From positions 59,497 to 123,496 of the forward strand of contig NMRA01000026.1 in NCBI GenBank assembly GCA_002633005.1: 64,000 nt of DNA. The letters are read 5' to 3'. Position numbers and translations under genes: made by a program. This DNA is from Phoronis australis (taxonomy: Eukaryota; Animalia; Phoronida). The notes beneath the pieces were generated by a model, which did not search any database, had not been told where the DNA came from, and saw only the letters and a list, made by a program, of their open reading frames with translations. This document shows positions 1 to 14,500 of this stretch, piece after piece (positions within the stretch are counted from its first letter, which is position 1; each line of letters opens with the position of its first letter).

Positions 1-511
1 ACCAACTTATGGCTCATTGGTATACTGAAAAATTTAAAAATTTTCAGGCTTGTAATTTTCAGAAAATACTTTCACACACGGCAAGTAAAATCTACAATTT
101 AGTACGTATTTGTTTAAATAGTACACAGACTTGTCAACACAAATCTAATATGGGTTTCATGACCAACAAAAGTTGAAGACGAACACCAAATGAAAAAATA
201 CAGTAAAAATTCTCCAGTTTAGGCCAATCTCCAAAACTTGGGACACTGAAGTTCAAGTCAAATTTGAGTCTTCTTGATACTAAAGATTGGTACACGTGTA
301 ATAATTTTGGCGTGCGTCTCATTTTTCAAATATCGGACACTGCAGTTTGTATGAACAAAGTCCAGGATAAAATCATCTTTCTAGTAATTCTTCAATTTGA
401 GAAGAACGATATTTCTAAAATTGGCACAACCTCCTGCTTTAGGGAAAATAAATACTTTTCCACTGTCTACAACACGAGAATTTTTACCGTGGACCATTTT
501 CGAAAACTTAC

Positions 512-3500
512 GTGTCACATTAATAAACGCAGGGTCGCTACGCACTTCTTTCTTGCTGACAGGGTTCCTAGCGACACACTTATAGTGGCCCTCATACAGT
601 TTGAGACTTTTTACTTCAATTACTAAAGATTTTTGACGTGCACCACCATACTCTGAAATGAGGAACAGGCGCAATGAAAAGTAAAACAAAAATCAAATTG
701 TTGTGAAATACGTGTCAATAAAAGCATAACTTACGGTCATTACATTCACTTAATATTAAAACATTTCATTGGAAATTTTTATGCTAAATGATAAATATTT
801 GGCCAAAACATTATATAATATGGTGGCCCAGCGCTAAAGCCACATTCTGCCCATTTGGCTGTAAAATTAATGTTAATTCGCAACTCAAGAGTTTTGAGGT
901 TTAAAAACATTACCACCCTCATCCGATCTTGAATTATTTGTCAAACAAGACGGCAACTAGAGTCACAGGCAATGAATACGTGGACCACTTCTGAATCCAT
1001 GTGTTCTCCAGTTGTTGATATCTTCAATGTTCATGTTGGTAATAAACATTGACTCCTATCACCGTAAGGAATATATTGAGATCTATTTCATTCCAGTAAA
1101 ATTCTTAATTCAATTTCCGCTCTTTAGCCAACAAAACAAGGCAAAATTCAGCTTTAAGTGACATCTTCATAAACTCAATGAATGTAAAGACCCCATTATA
1201 TATTATATATCTCAGGATCAAATTTTTATAGATTTTAAAATGACTTTGATCACATCATGCTTTATAAGGGAGGCTTTTTGAACTATTTAAGCTGGAGAGA
1301 AAATAAAAGACAAATGCAATGCAACTTTTGTTTGAATACTAGGCAAATTATAAGATATGAAGAAAAAATATTAAAATGCAAATAAAATAAAATAATACAA
1401 ATTAAAGAAAATTCATTACAACATGATAGAAAATCAATATAAAGGCTTGTAGCATATTTCCATTACAGTGTGTACGTGACTTGCAGTTACATTATTTGAG
1501 TTCATTTTGAAAAACTTCAACAATTTGTCCTCAACAATTTAAAAATTCAAGTATTCAGAATAGACACAAGTTATGAAGTTTTTGATAAAATATTGACAAA
1601 TACACGTTTGTGCAAAATAAACTTATTAATATACAAAATGTCGCTTTGAAAACAAAAATGTTGAAGAAAAATCACAAAATGAACTCCTCTGTTGTGAAGT
1701 GGTGTACAGAAGCTTAAAAATGGCCGCCATATTGCCAAGCCATGCATGCCTCTGTGCAGTATAATAAAAATGGTACCTGCTTTTGAAATGTTTAAGACTG
1801 AAAGAACAATCAATACAACATTTGACTTATGCTTCAACATAAACTTAGTGGAAATGATGTGAAGAGATACAGGATCCCACAATGCATCACACTGGTGCAG
1901 CTGGGAAGTTGATCTAATTTCATAAGGACAAACACTCGCAAAGCATCCTAGGTCCTCTTAAATCACTCTAAAGGTGATTTTGCCACAGAGCTAACACATT
2001 TCTAAGAGATAAACAACACTTTGAAAAATTGACTGAAAATAAATATGGTCATCACAAATGGCTGTTTCTTGAACACACCTCGTACCATGATGTAACACCT
2101 CGTACCATGATGTAAAATTGGTACTGTGTAACACATGTTCATCAAATCTACTTAAGGATACGATAAATAGTCGTACACTTAAAAAATTTCTGAGGTAAAT
2201 CATGATTGTTCTAAAAAATAATCCCACAGCAGAGTGTTGACAGACTTATATAGGATACAGAAAAGGGGAACAAAGGGTTTGACGGCATTCAACATCAGAG
2301 ATACCCCAGTACTGGAACATCTGGCTTTCAGAGGGACAGGAGCAGGGAGTCTGGCAGCAACAGGTATAAATGTGATAACAACCAATAGATGGGGCAACGA
2401 TAAAGATTAGCTATTCTTAGCCTGGCTCTGACCTCCAGTGCAAGCCAACTATACAGTCACATTCTTGGCCGTATTGACTTTCTTATTGGGTAAAATCATG
2501 CAAAATGACTAGCCTGATAGGTGTCGCAACCTTCACATTGAAAAATTAAAGAAAAGGATGAAAAAAAGTTTACATAAAACACCATTTGCTCGTTATTTTG
2601 GTATTATTCTGTTCATAATGAGTTATATATCTAAATACAAAGATGAGTGCGCAGACGGTAGGATAAGGTTTGAATTAGTGCTGAGTAATACTATGAATTA
2701 GCACCAGCTTAGTACATGAGGAGAGTGAGATCATAAAGGTGCTGCCGCTGCTACACAGACATCAACGAGGAATTAAAAGTAAAAGACGATTATTGTGTAG
2801 AAGGTACTAATCTGTGACCGTGTTGGGAAGGCCAGCTGTCGTTGCTTAGTTATTCGATGTCGTGTTTATGACCAACGATGTGCCAGAATAGATTGGAGCT
2901 GTCCACTCTCTGCCAGGAACTAGACTATTAAAGTAAGTAACTGTCAGCTCTCACAAATTCTCATTCTTGGTTGAATGACGTCATAAAAACACAAGCATGG
3001 TATAAAACACGTATAAAATAAAATCAACTTTACTCCCATTGTTTCTTTAAATTTGTGGTCAGGATAAAATGTGTAGAGATATTTTCTCAAATTCTCTTCC
3101 AAATGCAACATGATGACATAGCCTACAACAAGCAACTATTACGCAATCGACTTTCTGAACAATAGATTCTGAAAGTCAGATAACAAATTCAAAGGGCATT
3201 TTTTCAATGCATGCATACCTCGGCGGCCAAAGTTAAAGCCAGATGTCTGCACTCCGTCCCTGAACATGACTCCGTCTTTTTCCCACCACATCTCAGCAGG
3301 AGGGGCACTAAATCCTGAGACGCACTGGAGGACTGTTATTTGGGTCAAGCTCTCCACGATGTTGACCGATTTAGGCGACATAAAGAACTTGTCCTCAATA
3401 TCTAAACATTAGAAAACCAAAACATTTAATGTAAAGATATCGAGACTACTCGTTATGATCATCATAGCTACCAACAAGCTTAAGACTTTTCATAAAACAA

Positions 3501-5399
3501 GCCCCGCTGCTCCATTTTATGATCCAGTACTTACTGGCAGACGAACAAAAACAATGCAAAATTAAAATGACTCCTGTTCCAACGAGCTCAGCTTTAAATT
3601 TTAAAGTGAATGCATTGGATAGATGGGGGTGAATAGAAATTTAGAAAGAATCCAAAAGCAGTTTGCAAGAGAGTGCTAATATTCTACAAACATTGGATAT
3701 ACTACAATGGCACCATCTTAAGGTGACAATGCTCCAAATAATTGCCCAAATTTTTAAATTTAGATTCTTCATAGCCCAACAACCAATTATTAGTAACGAG
3801 AGCGCTCGGAGGAGCGACACTTGGCGGAATTAATCGAAAAGACGACGAACACGATATCATTCATGTGACTAGCGAAGAAATCAAATAGAGAGCATACAAT
3901 CAACTACAATAAAGAATGAGGGAGACGACGATAATCATGAAGATCAAGACGGCAATTATGAATAACACGATAACATTCATGTGACTAGCGAAGAACTCAA
4001 ATAGAGAGCATACAATCAACTACAATAAAGAACAATAGATGGCGCAACATGGCGGACAAGCCATGTCTTTTCCCACATTCTAAAATAGGTGGCGATATGT
4101 GACAGTCTGCAAAGCAAAGTTATGTTTACAATAAGTATTTGGCCTGAAATTGTACAGTCTACAGAGTGCTATTCAGCCACAGTAGGACAGTGCTGGCTGG
4201 GTCAGTCTGGGTCAACTAGGCATAACCAAAACAAAGTGAACTGAAAGCCAGCCAGCTGCGTGCATACGTGACCGAAGGAACAACGTTATCCGAAAATCTC
4301 GAATAATTCAAAAAGTAGACGTCGTAGCGCAAAATGGAAANNNNNNNNNNNNNNNNNNNNNNNNNNNNNNNNNNNNNNNNNNNNNNNNNNNNNNNNNNNN
4401 NNNNNNNNNNNNNNNNNNNNNNNNNNNNNNNNNNNNNNNNNNNNNNNNNNNNNNNNNNNNNNNNNNNNNNNNNNNNNNNNNNNNNNNNNNNNNNNNNNNN
4501 NNNNNNNNNNNNNNNNNNNNNNNNNNNNNNNNNNNNNNNNNNNNNNNNNNNNNNNNNNNNNNNNNNNNNNNNNNNNNNNNNNNNNNNNNNNNNNNNNNNN
4601 NNNNNNNNNNNNNNNNNNNNNNNNNNNNNNNNNNNNNNNNNNNNNNNNNNNNNNNNNNNNNNNNNNNNNNNNNNNNNNNNNNNNNNNNNNNNNNNNNNNN
4701 NNNNNNNNNNNNNNNNNNNNNNNNNNNNNNNNNNNNNNNNNTGAAAATCGGACGAAAATTGCAACCTGTAGAGTGCGAACAAAAAAAAAAAAAAACTTGA
4801 CGACAGAGCAACATACTTGTCGGAATTCGAAGAATTCCGCCAAGTAATAAAGGATGACAGTAATGAGAGTTTCAAGATTTAAAATGGTTTTTACCAGACA
4901 GCCAAAACACCCGTAAAATGAAGGCCACTATGCTCAAAACACCCATAAAATGAGGCCACTATGCTCCACACACCCATAAAATTAAGGCCACTATGCTCAA
5001 AACACCCATAATATGAAGGCCACTATGATCAAACACCCATAAAATGAAGGCCGTTATGCTCAAAACACCCCTTAAACGAAAGGTATTTTAGAATCTACTT
5101 ACATGCAACGATAACCTCGGCAATCCTGCTCAGATTTCCAGGACGCTGGCCAGCTTCAGTTTTCTTAATTTCACATTGGTAATCTCCCAGATCTGCTGTT
5201 GTCATACTGGGCACCCATAGAGAGTTGTTGACAAACCTTGACGTCTTTGTCGAGGGTGTACCCACGTCTAGGCGTGTCCCATTGAAGTACCAATCTACTG
5301 TAATGCCGTCGGTCGTTCCATCTGCCCGACTCCCAACACAGTCCAGCCGTAGATTTTGACCCAGCAGCACAGCAGTTGTCTGAGGTTCTACGACAAACA
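512..5399 (-). CDS. Ig-superfamily (I-set) cell-surface/adhesion-like protein, partial; exons 5103-5399, 3219-3401, 512-652; continues beyond the window start
   Basis: Three phase-1 exons with AG/GT sites join in frame: FVVEPQ..LRLDC..VDWYFNG..DLGDYQCEI; YIEDKFFMSP..VLQC..PPAEMWWEKDG; ..YEGHYKCVARNP. These give two Ig domains with the C...W...(D/E)xGxYxC pattern. Confidence 0.85.
3845..4035. repeat. Local direct repeat (two copies of ~60 bp core, ~119 bp apart)
   Basis: cattcatgtgactagcgaagaa(a/c)tcaaatagagagcatacaatcaactacaataaagaa occurs twice. Confidence 0.85.
4904..5075. repeat. Minisatellite, ~30-31 bp unit, ~5.5 copies
   Basis: Repeats of aaaacacccataaaatgaaggccactatgctc. Confidence 0.9.
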
Positions 5400-7226
5400 C
5401 TGCAAGGGAACCAATGGTAACTCATAAACTTACACTTCCTTAGTAGTCACTGCTTCAGTGTGAAATCAAGAAATGCGCCAAAGACGTCTACAGGGCTTGG
5501 AATGACCAATGACAAAACAGAGGAAAATTTCCAGGTGATGTATTGTTCCAAAAAATAAATAGTCTTGTGTGAAACTGATAGATTAATATTTTGTAAAATT
5601 TAACTGAAATAAAAAAACGTATTTGCATGAATAAAGCCAGAATAATGATAACAATAGACAAAAAAGGAAACTGGAGATCAAATAAGAGGAAATTGAAGCA
5701 AAAAAGAGAAAATCTTCTTGAAAGAGAAAAAGCCCTGTGCCTAGCAGAAAACTGAAGGCGCATACTCTAACTTGTTGAAAGACACAGTTTTGGGATTAGT
5801 GTCGAAAGAAATATATTGACGACTATGACTAGAGCTATCGAACTACAAAATCTTTAGCTTTGTAATTTTATTACAGTTTGCCAATTCTTTCAGTTGTCAG
5901 TCAGACATTTGCAGAAATCAAAGTCGGTGACTTCACCAACTACATACAATAAGAATACTCTGCCATTTATCAAGTGAGGTTTAACTCCATAAGCACAGTG
6001 TTAGACTGCAACAGCGTGAGTTGTGGGTTCCATTCCGCACTGAGGCATAACTCACGAAATGGCATTTCTTGCTGATAATACTCCTTCAAAAGTAATTCTT
6101 TACCATGATGGCGTTACTTACAGCAGATATTTTTTTAAACTTTTCTATACATACTCAATCCTTCAATTTTGGGGCCAAATACTGGCCCCACTCCCTTTTA
6201 AAAAATATTTAAAAATCACACAAAATTCCCCCATGAGGCCCAAAACTTCTCCTCAAGTGATTGCTCTCGAGGTTCAAACCACTTGTTATTCATACAGGTG
6301 ATGATTTGAAACATCACAAAATTTTTGGCTACTTGAAAAGGGTGGTGCTATTAGTGCTGGCCTCATTCAAAAATTGAGAGTCAGGCTGTCAAATTATGGA
6401 ACGCTTAGTCAGCCAAATGATTTTGATGCAATTTTTTTCATTAAAACAGAAAAAGATTTTCATGATAAGAGCAATGTAGAGGCCAATTATGTAATGGTTG
6501 GGAAAAATGAACCGGTTTTGACTTGGGCTTTTAAATACCTAGGACAGGGGTCTAATCTTTGTACTTGAATTTTTTGCATTATTTATGGCAATTTCTCTTC
6601 TTCCTTTGTGCAAACTCAATGTAAGGGTCCCTACGCATAAACCGTAATCTACCCGAGCACAGACTAATGTACTGTTATCTAAAGTTCAAACTAAATTAGA
6701 ACAGAAAATGGCCATGAGAAAATAGTTGCAACATCAGCATTAACATGGACTTAGATAACAAAATGGCGCGTAACGTTACGTGAGAGCGTGTTGCAAATTA
6801 TGTTCCACAGATTCTTGTATACACTGAGTTTTAGGCAAGAACATTTAAGGAATTCTTTGTAATTTGAGGTAAAAGAACGGATAAGACAATCATTTTCCTG
6901 TTTTTCAAAGGTCTTTAACTCAGATGTTGCATGCTTAAAGTTCCACCAAATGATTTAGGAGAATTTTACTTTGTGTGAATATTCAAACAAAGTAAAATTC
7001 TCCTAAATGTTGCTTTTGTCCACCAGATTGAAGAATTTTCATCGTAAAACTGAATTTGAAGAATTTTCCTAGTATAAAATTCACTTATTATCGATCAAAT
7101 GCTATTGTCTTATCAGCAAATGACAAAAATGAATCACTTTCCATATTATCCTCTTATCTGTGAATCAACAGTGTTTGTAAACTTGCACAAAATATCATAT
7201 GATAAATCTGCATTATTATGATTACA

Positions 7227-7311
7227 GTATATGTATAGACACAGTTGACATGCAGTGTATATGTATAGACACAGTTGACATGCGGTGTATATGTATAGAC
7301 ACAGTTGACAC
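7227..7311. repeat. 30-bp tandem repeat, ~3 copies
   Basis: gtatatgtatagacacagttgacatgc(a/g)gt repeated. Confidence 0.9.
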
Positions 7312-7463
7312 ATTTGTTTTACCACTGCCGGTCTGCAGTTCATCAAAATCTCATTATTAACCCTATCCTTTGGCAGCATCTTGTTGGCTGATAATTTTTT
7401 GAGACCAAAATAATTTGCTGCTTTGTATAAATATACAGTATAAGACAAAAATAATATTTTGAC

Positions 7464-8034
7464 TTTTGTGATGTTTACTGGAAATGAAGTGGAAATTAGA
7501 TTGTAAACAACATTGACTGACTATCCTTTTAGAAAGATTCTTCTTCAATAAGTCATGATAGTTCCTTCTTATGACAATTAATTGTTATTTATTTATTCAT
7601 TAATTTATTATTGTAATGTTTACAATGAAAGTATCCTCATCAGTTCTCAGTGCTTTCCATGTGGCCCTCAATCCTGCCTTTTCAATCTAGCAAGGTGGAT
7701 TGGTGAAACTGTCAACTAGATCAAGAAAATGAAACTGTGACATCATAGCAACGCGTACCATGATTACCACTGTTGCACGGTGTTTATTTTAAGACATAGA
7801 CTTAAGACTTACTTAAGACTTACTATAAGACAGAAATATTTTGTGATGTTTACTGGAAATGAAGTGGAAATTAAATTGTAAACAACTGTGACTGACTATC
7901 CTTTTAGAAAGATTCTTCTTCAATAAGTCATGATAGTTCCTTCTTATGACAATTAATTGCTATTTATTTATTCATTAATTTATTATTGTAATGTTTACAA
8001 TGAAAGTATCCCCATCAGTTCTCAGTGCTTTCCA
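7464..8034. repeat. ~200-bp near-identical direct repeat (about 7464-7660 and 7838-8034)
   Basis: ttttgtgatgtttactggaaatgaagtggaaatta...cagttctcagtgctttccat is present twice. Confidence 0.85.
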
Positions 8035-10990
8035 TTATTAAGGCATCACTGTCAAAGAATACTTTATAGAAATCATCTCTCAGTAACTAACAGTTATAGG
8101 ATGTGTATTCTCAGAGGTTTTGTACTTAAGCTCCAGCGACATTAAATAAATTCAGAAAAAGTTACGCACGTGGAGGAAATTAAGCCAAATTTGTGTTAAG
8201 TCTTTAGTCAAATTTTTATGACACAGTCCCCAGGAATGTAAATGGTAAAGTGCCACCTATTGGAAAATATAATTCAGGTAAACAAGAAATGTTAAGCATT
8301 TTTTTGGCTATTCTTAAGTTATTTTACAAAAAAACGTAACCACAATTTTTGCTTTTCCGGTTTTCTAAAACAGACAAAAAAATCAAAACTCCACAAAGCA
8401 CATTGGATCTATTCAAACTATGGCTGAGACCAGGCAGATTTTCTTTGAGCATATTTCGTTAGGAAAACTTCACAAAACAAAGTTCTGATTTTCTACCAAA
8501 TTGCACATCACCTAATCAGTCTCTGAAAACAGACATTTTAGCTCGTATTTTGGATCGCAGTGATTTCCAAAAAGCTCCTTAAATGAAGATGACTCACGCC
8601 TAACAATGAATAGGTGGGCAGGTGTGTTTTCAGTGAATCACTCTCTAGGTACATCAATAATTGATAGATCAATAAGGATAGCATGGGCAATACCAGTCAT
8701 TAATAATTGATTAATTACGCGCTATTGTTGATTAGCCCAGTGACTGTATGGGAATGGGTGTGTGTCAGACATAGACACATCAAAGTGGCCGCTGTATGTG
8801 TTCTAGTGCAAGTCACATGGAAATAAATTTAGGGATATACGGTGGCAGAAATTTTAGTTTCATTTGAGGAATTGGTTATAGTAATGCAGCTTAACATTCG
8901 CAGTCGGGGAAGGATAACAATTAATGCTAAAGTGCTCTGAATTAGGGAAAAGTGTGAATTAAAGTTATGATAGATGAGCATAACAACTGATATTTTTCAC
9001 TGAAGTAAATTGGGGTCGAGAGTACTAGTGTGAGGTATCTTACAAGCCCATAAGTTTCGTTAATAACTAATGGCACTTCATATAAAGACAAAGAGTGATC
9101 AACATACTACACGTGACACAACACACAACACTTCACACTATCATCAAAAATTTAGAGCTATCGGTTCTGGCTGAGAATAAAGAACAAAATTAATTTCAAA
9201 ACCAACAGGACATTAGATGGAGTGAGTGTGCATGGACATGTTGGTGGCAAAGTGTCTTGTGAAATGTATCTCAGCTTCATGATTAAAAGCCTGTAAACAG
9301 AACTTAATTGGAGACTCCATAGGAAAACTGATCCATAACCTAAGTACCAGTAATGATTATGAAAATCAGCTTTTAACAATCACAAATTTTATCTGAAACA
9401 ACATTATCTTGGCGGATTTCGGAAGTTGTGAAGGGGGCGACAACTATCAGAGAAGGATAAATGTTCGCGACACAATTAAAACATCTTGCTAGTGTTTTTC
9501 GGTTACAATCCCAATGTCGATCACAATGAACCCCCTAAGTGAATCCCGCCCAAAGCTGACCATGCATAAAATATGGACATGACATGATTCTTCATTCATT
9601 TCACACAAAAATAATCGCTGATATTTCGTTGGCATTGGAAGAATGAATAGAGCAATGTAACCAAGAACAAACTTGCGGAAATATCAGACAACAAATAACA
9701 CGTGAAACTCCAATGGCACAAAAGCGAGGCAGCAAATGCGCCTAACAGACATTTACGGAATAGTGGGTAAATACAGTGAGATTCGAGTGATGCATTGAAA
9801 TCTGGTATAGCCCTCCCCTGTTACACCTTTTTACCTAAAGAGGATGCCTGGACAGCAGCAAGTAGCAGGGAATAGCACAGAGACAGCAGTTTGACACCAC
9901 CCATATTCATCACATGGTCATCCAGCTAAAAACAAACAAAAGAACAACATACAGTCAAGTTGCAATGATCTGTCTGTTCAATACACAGCAACTGGCTTAA
10001 GGTCGGAGACCAATTGTACATGCACAAAAGTTTAGAATGACAAAGTGTGCGACCTCACTAAAGGTATAAATAGACCTTGAACATGATTGGACACTAGAAT
10101 GATGAATTTAAATCCTGAAGTAAATTAAACATAAGCATTCACTATGCAAACTATTTCTGTTTCACTAAGACTCCTTGCACACCTAGGACTTCTTTGCAAT
10201 TGCATTACATTTTTCTTTCAAAGATTGTCAATTATTTTATTTTCGATCCCATTTTTCAAGGGTTTCTGGCATTGTTAAGAATGCGCGCAATTTCTCAAAA
10301 CATCATCTGCGGGTGAGCATATCAATATAGGGCAAATATGATGGAGCATTTACTAGGCATTTCATATATTCTCCGAAAAAATAAAATAATTTCATTACAG
10401 TGACAAATTGTATCTTTGTGAAACTGCACTAAACAGACCCTGTCAATTAGGTAGGAAAATAGAAAGCCTGCATATAGAATTTGATTCTTGACTTCAAAGA
10501 AATTGGCTATTAATTGGCTCTGACTGAATGCACAACCTTAGAGCCTAGAACCGAGGTCCATTAGACTAGAGTAGTAGAGAACCTGAGTTTTAATTGGTCA
10601 CTATATAACGAGGACCACATAGCTCTATTCAGCGACTGCCGGGAGTTGTGAATTTCTTGTCCCGGGTGTGAGAAATTTTGCGTATCCCTAAATCACTGGT
10701 CAATGACAGTTAGCTCTTGGTTAAATAGATTGGATGCTCGACTCTCATGACAATCATAGACTGTTCGACTCTGCCCTGGCCAAGAACTTCACTAGTTTAG
10801 CCTGGCTTTGCTTTGCACAAGTCACTTCAATAATTATCAACCCATTGGATTTTTAGCGACTACAGGCTGGCGTTACCAATTCTCAACCAATCTACAAAAC
10901 TTGCCAATATCCATCGTTCATTTTGAAGACTACAATTACTCTTAAAGACTCATAATGATACATATAGGACTATAACTATAAATCACTCAC

Positions 10991-11006
10991 CTGTTGTAAA
11001 CGCCAT
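10991..11006 (-). CDS. Candidate first coding exon of the Ig gene (MAFTT, phase 1)
   Basis: Minus strand reads aacaaagATGGCGTTTACAACAG|gtgagt: good Kozak context, consensus donor, and phase matches the acceptor at 5399. No signal peptide results, so an intervening exon may be missed. Confidence 0.4.
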
Positions 11007-11508
11007 CTTTGTTTATATCAACAATCACAAAACTCGCATGCCATTGGTCAGGCATGCAGTTGGTGCTTATTTTGTTATTTAGACATTGTCCGTATAAACA
11101 TATCATCCTTAGGAGTTGTTAATGTCCTCGTATGCGGGCAATACCCATAAAAAGCCGAAATATACCTGTCTGTTTTACTTGTGGGTAACTTTGAAAAGCA
11201 ATTAACATTTGAAAACACAATTGCTGCAAATCTCTTGGCATTACTGACCAATCAAAATTTGTTTTCTATACGCCATTAGGTACAATGTTAAGATATGTCA
11301 GGGAGCGTGAAATAGAATTTCCATTGCTATGTTTCTTTGCGTGCAAGAAATTAACTAAAGACGCACAAAAATTATACACTTAAAATTAATGACACCTCTT
11401 CTGATAACATTTAGGTGTCTGAATGTTATGAAATCGTGAACTCCAAAACAAATTGAGATTTGTAGCCTGTCCGCTCCCCCGTGTGCAGACAGGAAGTGAA
11501 TTCTGAGA
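11007..11508. promoter_or_regulatory. Candidate bidirectional promoter between the Ig gene and the FAM124-like gene
   Basis: Divergent ATGs at 11006 (-) and 11509 (+); CCAAT motifs in both orientations (attgg ~11043, ccaat ~11248). Depends on the uncertain Ig first exon. Confidence 0.35.
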
Positions 11509-14500
11509 ATGGCCCTTCCCACTGTTTTGATCTGCGACGGAGAGTTTTGCAAAGATGACCAAGACACAGACGACGTGGACGGTTCTCAACTTACCTTACA
11601 TGTCACAAAGCAAGCTGAGATCCCCGCCAGATATGCGCTTAACAAATTGTTTTCGCCGGCAGAGGGCACAATGCAAAGTGTTCAACACCAAAAACAACCC
11701 TGTCAAAATTTCAGATTCGTAAGATTTTTTAACACTAGTTTTATGTTTTGTATTTCTGTTTTGATCACCACAGAGTATGTCGGTTAAGCTTAAGTATGGG
11801 TTAACTTACAGTTCGTAGTTCACGCACATTGGGCCTATCTTAAAAAGGAAGATGAATGTGAAATTTTATGTCCAGTACAGGCAGTAGTCAGTGTGACTGC
11901 AGTCTTGCAGACATAGCGACTTTTAAGCTTAACTCAACTTGTCAACTGTCATATTCAGAACACGTGAGCTTATTTCAATGTTTTATAACATACCTCTTGT
12001 ATACACCGCAAATAAAGAAGAGGGTATTGCGTACACCATTACACAGAAACAATTGATGTGGTGAAGTGGACGAAAAGGTCTGCCTCAGAGAAACAAATGT
12101 CCGAGAAAATGAGACAAAAGTCCACTAGAATTAGGCGCGAATGCAGAATTCATAGTTATGAACGTAGTACCCCGTTTTCTTGTTTTTTTTTAGTCCCCGC
12201 TTTTTTTCACTAAAAGGTCCGCATACTGAAGAATTCGAGCCCCCCTATATTTTAGGCTAGGTGCGCGCATGAGCATAGAATTGCAATATGCTTATATCAG
12301 ATTGTCCACTATTTTTTAGTTTCTGTTTTTCTTGTAGATTCATCCCTCTTGGGGAACCCATCTCTCCAACATTGACACCTATGGAGGTGGTATTCTAGCT
12401 TTAGTTACCATGGCAACAGGCCATGAAGTCAAGGCACTTGAAGCCAAGAAGTTGGTGGAATATTTTAGAAGTCTGTGTGTCTGCGCGCCTATGAGGTGAG
12501 GTTACCATGGTGTTTACTCACACCCGCTTGTGGTTTTATTGATTATATAAATCTGTAATTTGATTGTAAGTCACTTTATTGCAATATTGTCAATAGGTAT
12601 CTTGTCAATAGGTATCTTGTCAATAGGTAACTATCAGAAGTGTCATATACAGCTTTTCTTGTTGTTCCCACAAAATAGTTAGTGTGTGATAGAATTTAAC
12701 TTTCAACAGTTTAAAGGTATCTTGGTTTGTTTACCAATTGTATCCTGCAATATAAGCTTATTTGGTTAGGTGAATATATGGCTCAGAAGCTTTGCACACT
12801 TTGGTGGAATTATTGACTGCTGAGCCATCGGCCAATTCATCTCATAGTTATTGTGTTGTCTCTTGAAACTAATTCAACCTTAGCCAAATTTCGTCTTGTT
12901 ATTTTACACAAAAATGATGTCCAAAATTGTCCTTTTTGTATTTATCCTGTTTTACATTATATTTCTTTAGTATACTTGATAAATACAAGTGATGACATTA
13001 CTGCCCAGAAACTGAACGAACATTATATCTGGGCATCGTCTTGTCATATGTTGATTAGTGTAAATAACGGAAACTTTGAAAACTTTATTTTAATGATGTT
13101 GACATAGTAAACAAACAAGCTTGAATAATCAACTACAACGTTTTTAATCTATATTTTTGTTGAGAAAGTTAATGAAATAAAATTGACATTTTGTTGATGG
13201 ACGAGAATGGAATCTGAACTGATTTTAGGTTTGATGGAAATCACGTACTGCTTCATTTTGAGAGTGAATCACAGTACAATGAGTTCGGCGAAGCTTTCCT
13301 GAACAAGAGGCTCGACAACGTTGCTGGTTTCCAAGTTATTGAGATTGAACGTAAGTGAGAATAGCATCAACTGGAAGCCATAGTCCTTCTCTACGAAACT
13401 TTACTCATGATTATATACATAATTTGACCAATGACACGCTTCGTACAATTTTCACACCACATGTTTAGTCAGTTTGACCAATCACACGCTTTTTACAGTT
13501 TGCACACTACATGTTTAGTCAACTTGACCAATGACACGTTTCATACAATTTTCACACCACATGTTTAGTCAATATAAAAATCTAGTGCCAATTATATTGT
13601 TTTGGTCACGGCCTTGTTCTCTGTCAACATTGTTTTCTACTGAGACATATTCGAATTTATTTTAATTCAAATGTGACCTCCAAATAACCTTTTAGGGAGA
13701 ACAGTCACTAATTTAAATAGAATCTGAGGTTTCCCTGCCTGGATCAGAAGGTTACACCTTCATTCCTAAGTTCTGCAATAAGCGTTTCTTCTGCCAAGGA
13801 ATCCAGACCTCTTCAAAGCTGTTTGACCTCGATATGTTCTTTACTCAGATGAGAAAGTAATTTCTGGTCCTAAATCGAAGGAAGTAGCAGTTAGTCGTTG
13901 CTCGAGACGAGGCTCCTCACAGCGTGTGTCAACTCTGACAAGCCAACTTGTCATGCCTCATCTCGAGCAATAGTAGACTGTTACTTCATCCGTTACCCAG
14001 AAATCACCTGTAGGTTGTGTTGGGAACAAGTTGAGGCCAGTTTTATAATGTTGAGTAGACAAAGTGAAGAGGTAGTCATGCAGACGGGTGTGGGTATATG
14101 ACACCTGTGAATTTTGCCTTCTCTGGTGCTCACCCACATTTTGGTGGGTGTGAATTCGGGCTATAGTGTGGCTTGCAGAGGAGCCGGATGTCGAGAACCA
14201 ATGTGATGTTGTTAAGTAGAGAAAACTAGTTCTCAAAATGCGAGAATCTATTAAGAGACTATTTGTTTATATTAGGCTGACGATGAATGCTCATAACGCC
14301 TATATCTGTTTAATTATCATTGACTGAAATCTTCTTTTCCTTATTTATAATTGCTCAGTGATGAGAANGTTTACTCACACCCGCTTGTGGTTTTATTGAT
14401 TATATAAATCTGTAATTTGATTGTAAGTCACTTTATTGCAATATTGTCAATAGGTATCTTGTCAATAGGTATCTTGTCAATAGGTAACTATCAGAAGTGT

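Noticed and set aside
4216-4875. Long ORFs spanning 4341-4741 (and 23980-24472)
   Set aside because: They are open only because of N gaps.
4904-5075. Regularly spaced ~30-bp repeats resembling a CRISPR array (also 13421-13573)
   Set aside because: Contiguous tandem units without unique spacers, no cas genes, and a eukaryotic intron context.
5990-6050. tRNA-like B-box sequence (also ~41905-41960 and ~56160-56190)
   Set aside because: No complete cloverleaf; at most decayed SINE heads.
8590-8650. Possible extra Ig-gene exon (tag|AGAGTGAT...TTAGGC|gtgagt on minus)
   Set aside because: Ends in phase 0, incompatible with the phase-1 acceptor at 5399, and is not signal-peptide-like.
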